Below are positions 62,025 to 64,000 of a DNA stretch of 64,000 nt, one piece after another (positions within the stretch are counted from its first letter, which is position 1; every line of letters begins with the position of its first letter). The position numbers were made by a program, and so were the translations under genes. Origin of the DNA: Macrostomum lignano (lineage: Eukaryota); NCBI GenBank assembly GCA_002269645.1, contig NIVC01001975.1:62001-126000 (forward strand), read 5' to 3'. The notes under the pieces were generated by a model. The model saw nothing but the letters and a program-made list of their open reading frames with translations. It ran no database searches and was not told the origin of the DNA.

Positions 62025-63415
62025 AAGACTTTTGATCCCGTGTGTACCGATTTGGGGGAATTTTTAGGGAACTTAGGGAAATCAATGCATTTCTGCTTGG
62101 CAAAGAGATTATGTATGCTGAATTGTGGATTCTGTGTGTGATTTTAGACTCTGTGTACATGGATTTTGTTTCTAGTTGTCTCGTTTCTTTTCAGTAAAAA
62201 AATAGAAAAAAACCTTAGCTGCTTGTGTGTTCAATTTGTGTTCAAATGTGTTCAATTTTTTTATAAGTCGCCTTTTATCAACTAGTAAATTGTGTGAGCG
62301 AATGATGTCCTCCACAATTACCTGCTTTTGTTTGTATATTTTTCCTGTCGAAGTTTTCCAGTCCCATAGTCGTTATTTTTCTATCCATATACTCACAGGC
62401 TCGGCTCAGAGTGCTTTTCGTCTCTTAACTAAGATTTGCATTTTTGTGCAATGCCTCTGTTGCATTTGTCACTTTCTTTCCCGATGCTTTTTTGTTTAGG
62501 TAGGAACTCCCCCTATTTTTGGTGCTGTCGCTACTGATTTGTTGGTCAATAAACTCAGTCGGTTGTTTATTTGATCCGAATTTACATCCCTATGTGAATA
62601 TGCTTTGGCGCCAACACATCAAAGTTGTTGTATGATGGTATTCATTCCGTTTGGGCTTCAGCTATTAACTAGAAACTGTAGTCCAAAACATATTCATAAG
62701 TTACACTACTAAAATCTTTATTAGAATAAAAATCCCTTTTTTCTGCTATGAGTATTACAAATGGTGTCTTAAAATAGCGGGGATAATAGATGTATACGAA
62801 AATAGATCGTACTAGTTGAACATGCCTTGTCAGAATTACAGCATCGTCATCAACTGATGACTTTTGGATGAAGTCACCCATCGGCTAAACAGTTTCAATC
62901 GCTTTCTGAATCAGCTTCCTTGCTGATGGTGAGTTTGGATGGGCACATTTGGCTCTGTCATCAGCATCATCTGTTCGAGCTGTCGTTGACCTTTTTTGGC
63001 CGAAAGACTTCACATTAATCAGTTAAAAAAGAACTTTTTAAAAGAGGCTAAAAAAATTCCAAACTCGGAAAACGACGTTAAAATGTTCTTACGGGTACAT
63101 TCATACACCGAATCAAAAAGTATCTGAACAAGTCAGCACTAGTGTTACAACATTAAACATCGACCAATGAAACTCTGAAAAGTCGACTTTGACTTGATAG
63201 AATAGATGGCTTGGAAATATAATAATTTATTTGATGCTGTTCTGACCATGGATTGTAAAAATATGCTCAGCAATCTTCAATCGACTCCATCATGCTGACC
63301 ACACGGTAAAAACTTGGCTTCAATTGACTCTCAAAACTGAAGAGTACTGAATCTTTTAAAGAAATCTAGTGTTAGAAGTGCAACCACGTGTCAGTAATTT
63401 ATTCTGAATGAGATC

Positions 63416-64000
63416 TTCGGTGAGGTTGTCGCAGCCCCGCGGCATCGGCGATTCCTGCTGGTTGTGCATGACCTGCGCAGCAAATGGCCAGAGATCGCAG
63501 CTATGGAGACTGTGATATCGTCAAGCATCTGCAAGGCGCCCAGGAAGCAGGAAGCTGTCCAGCTGGGGTGTTCCCAGGGTGATCGTCAGCAACAACGGAC
63601 CTCAATTTGTGAGTTAAGACTTTTGGGACTTCCTACAGATCGAATCGAAGGAATCCAGCACAGCAGGTCAAGCTGATACCAGCTCGTACAAGCAAGGCAA
63701 CAGGGCGAGGTTGAGACATTCAATCGCAACATCAAGGAGGGCCTCGCCGCAAACCTGAGTGGGAATTAAATCTGACGATGCCATTGACCTGGTGCTGAAG
63801 ACCTACAGGACGAGTCCACATGCGCTCACAGGGCACACCCCGGCCGAGTTGATGATTGGTCGCAAGCTGAGGACAGGCCTGCAGTTACTGAAGCCACCAA
63901 CGACGCGGCAGTCTCGGAGCGATGGTCTCAACGAGGAGACCAGCCAGCGACAGGCCAAGATCGCAGCCGACACCAACAGGCGGATGCGAGCTCCGGACTC
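63416..64000 (+). pseudogene. Decayed Ty3/Gypsy LTR-retrotransposon integrase core (continues past the window end)
   Basis: Across frameshifts and stops: FLLVVHDLRSKWPE (first D), WGVPRVIVSNNGPQF (second D mutated to N), GEVETFNRNIK (E), YRTSPHALTGHTPAELMIGRKLRT. Confidence 0.85.

Noticed and set aside
63180-63360. Minus-strand IEAKFLPCG..SMMESI resembling a Sola-type transposase motif
   Set aside because: Requires frameshifts, the match is very short, and there are no TIRs.

Overview
Eukaryotic (metazoan) genomic DNA. GC-rich exons, TTAGGG tracts, minisatellite-filled introns and the style of the LINE remnant suggest a flatworm such as Macrostomum (inference, not verified). Four + strand protein-coding genes are supported. 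(1) An intronless ~431-aa membrane-anchored protein of uncertain family (1049-2344). (2) Endophilin-A, 10 exons (27695-44884). (3) eIF3 subunit I, 3 coding exons (52855-55988). (4) An RNF216-like RBR E3 ligase, 3 exons (57985-62024). The most striking structure is 4805-27002: six near-identical copies of a non-autonomous Helitron-type element (5'-TC, 3' hairpin then CTAG). They are fused head-to-tail at exact CTAG|TC junctions. Each carries a ~23-bp minisatellite, a (TTAGGG)~10 tract and two fossil terminator-like hairpins. Copies 4 and 6 are both followed by the same 596-bp flank, and the second instance lies just upstream of endophilin. Also present: two copies of one TIR/8-bp-TSD MITE in the predicted 3' UTRs of endophilin and eIF3i, a 9-bp-TSD foldback-type MITE, an RTE-like LINE 3' remnant, a tRNA-headed SINE, a decayed Gypsy integrase and about 15 different intronic minisatellites. 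Most long ORFs in the six-frame track are repeat artefacts. All coordinates were read by eye. No database search was run.
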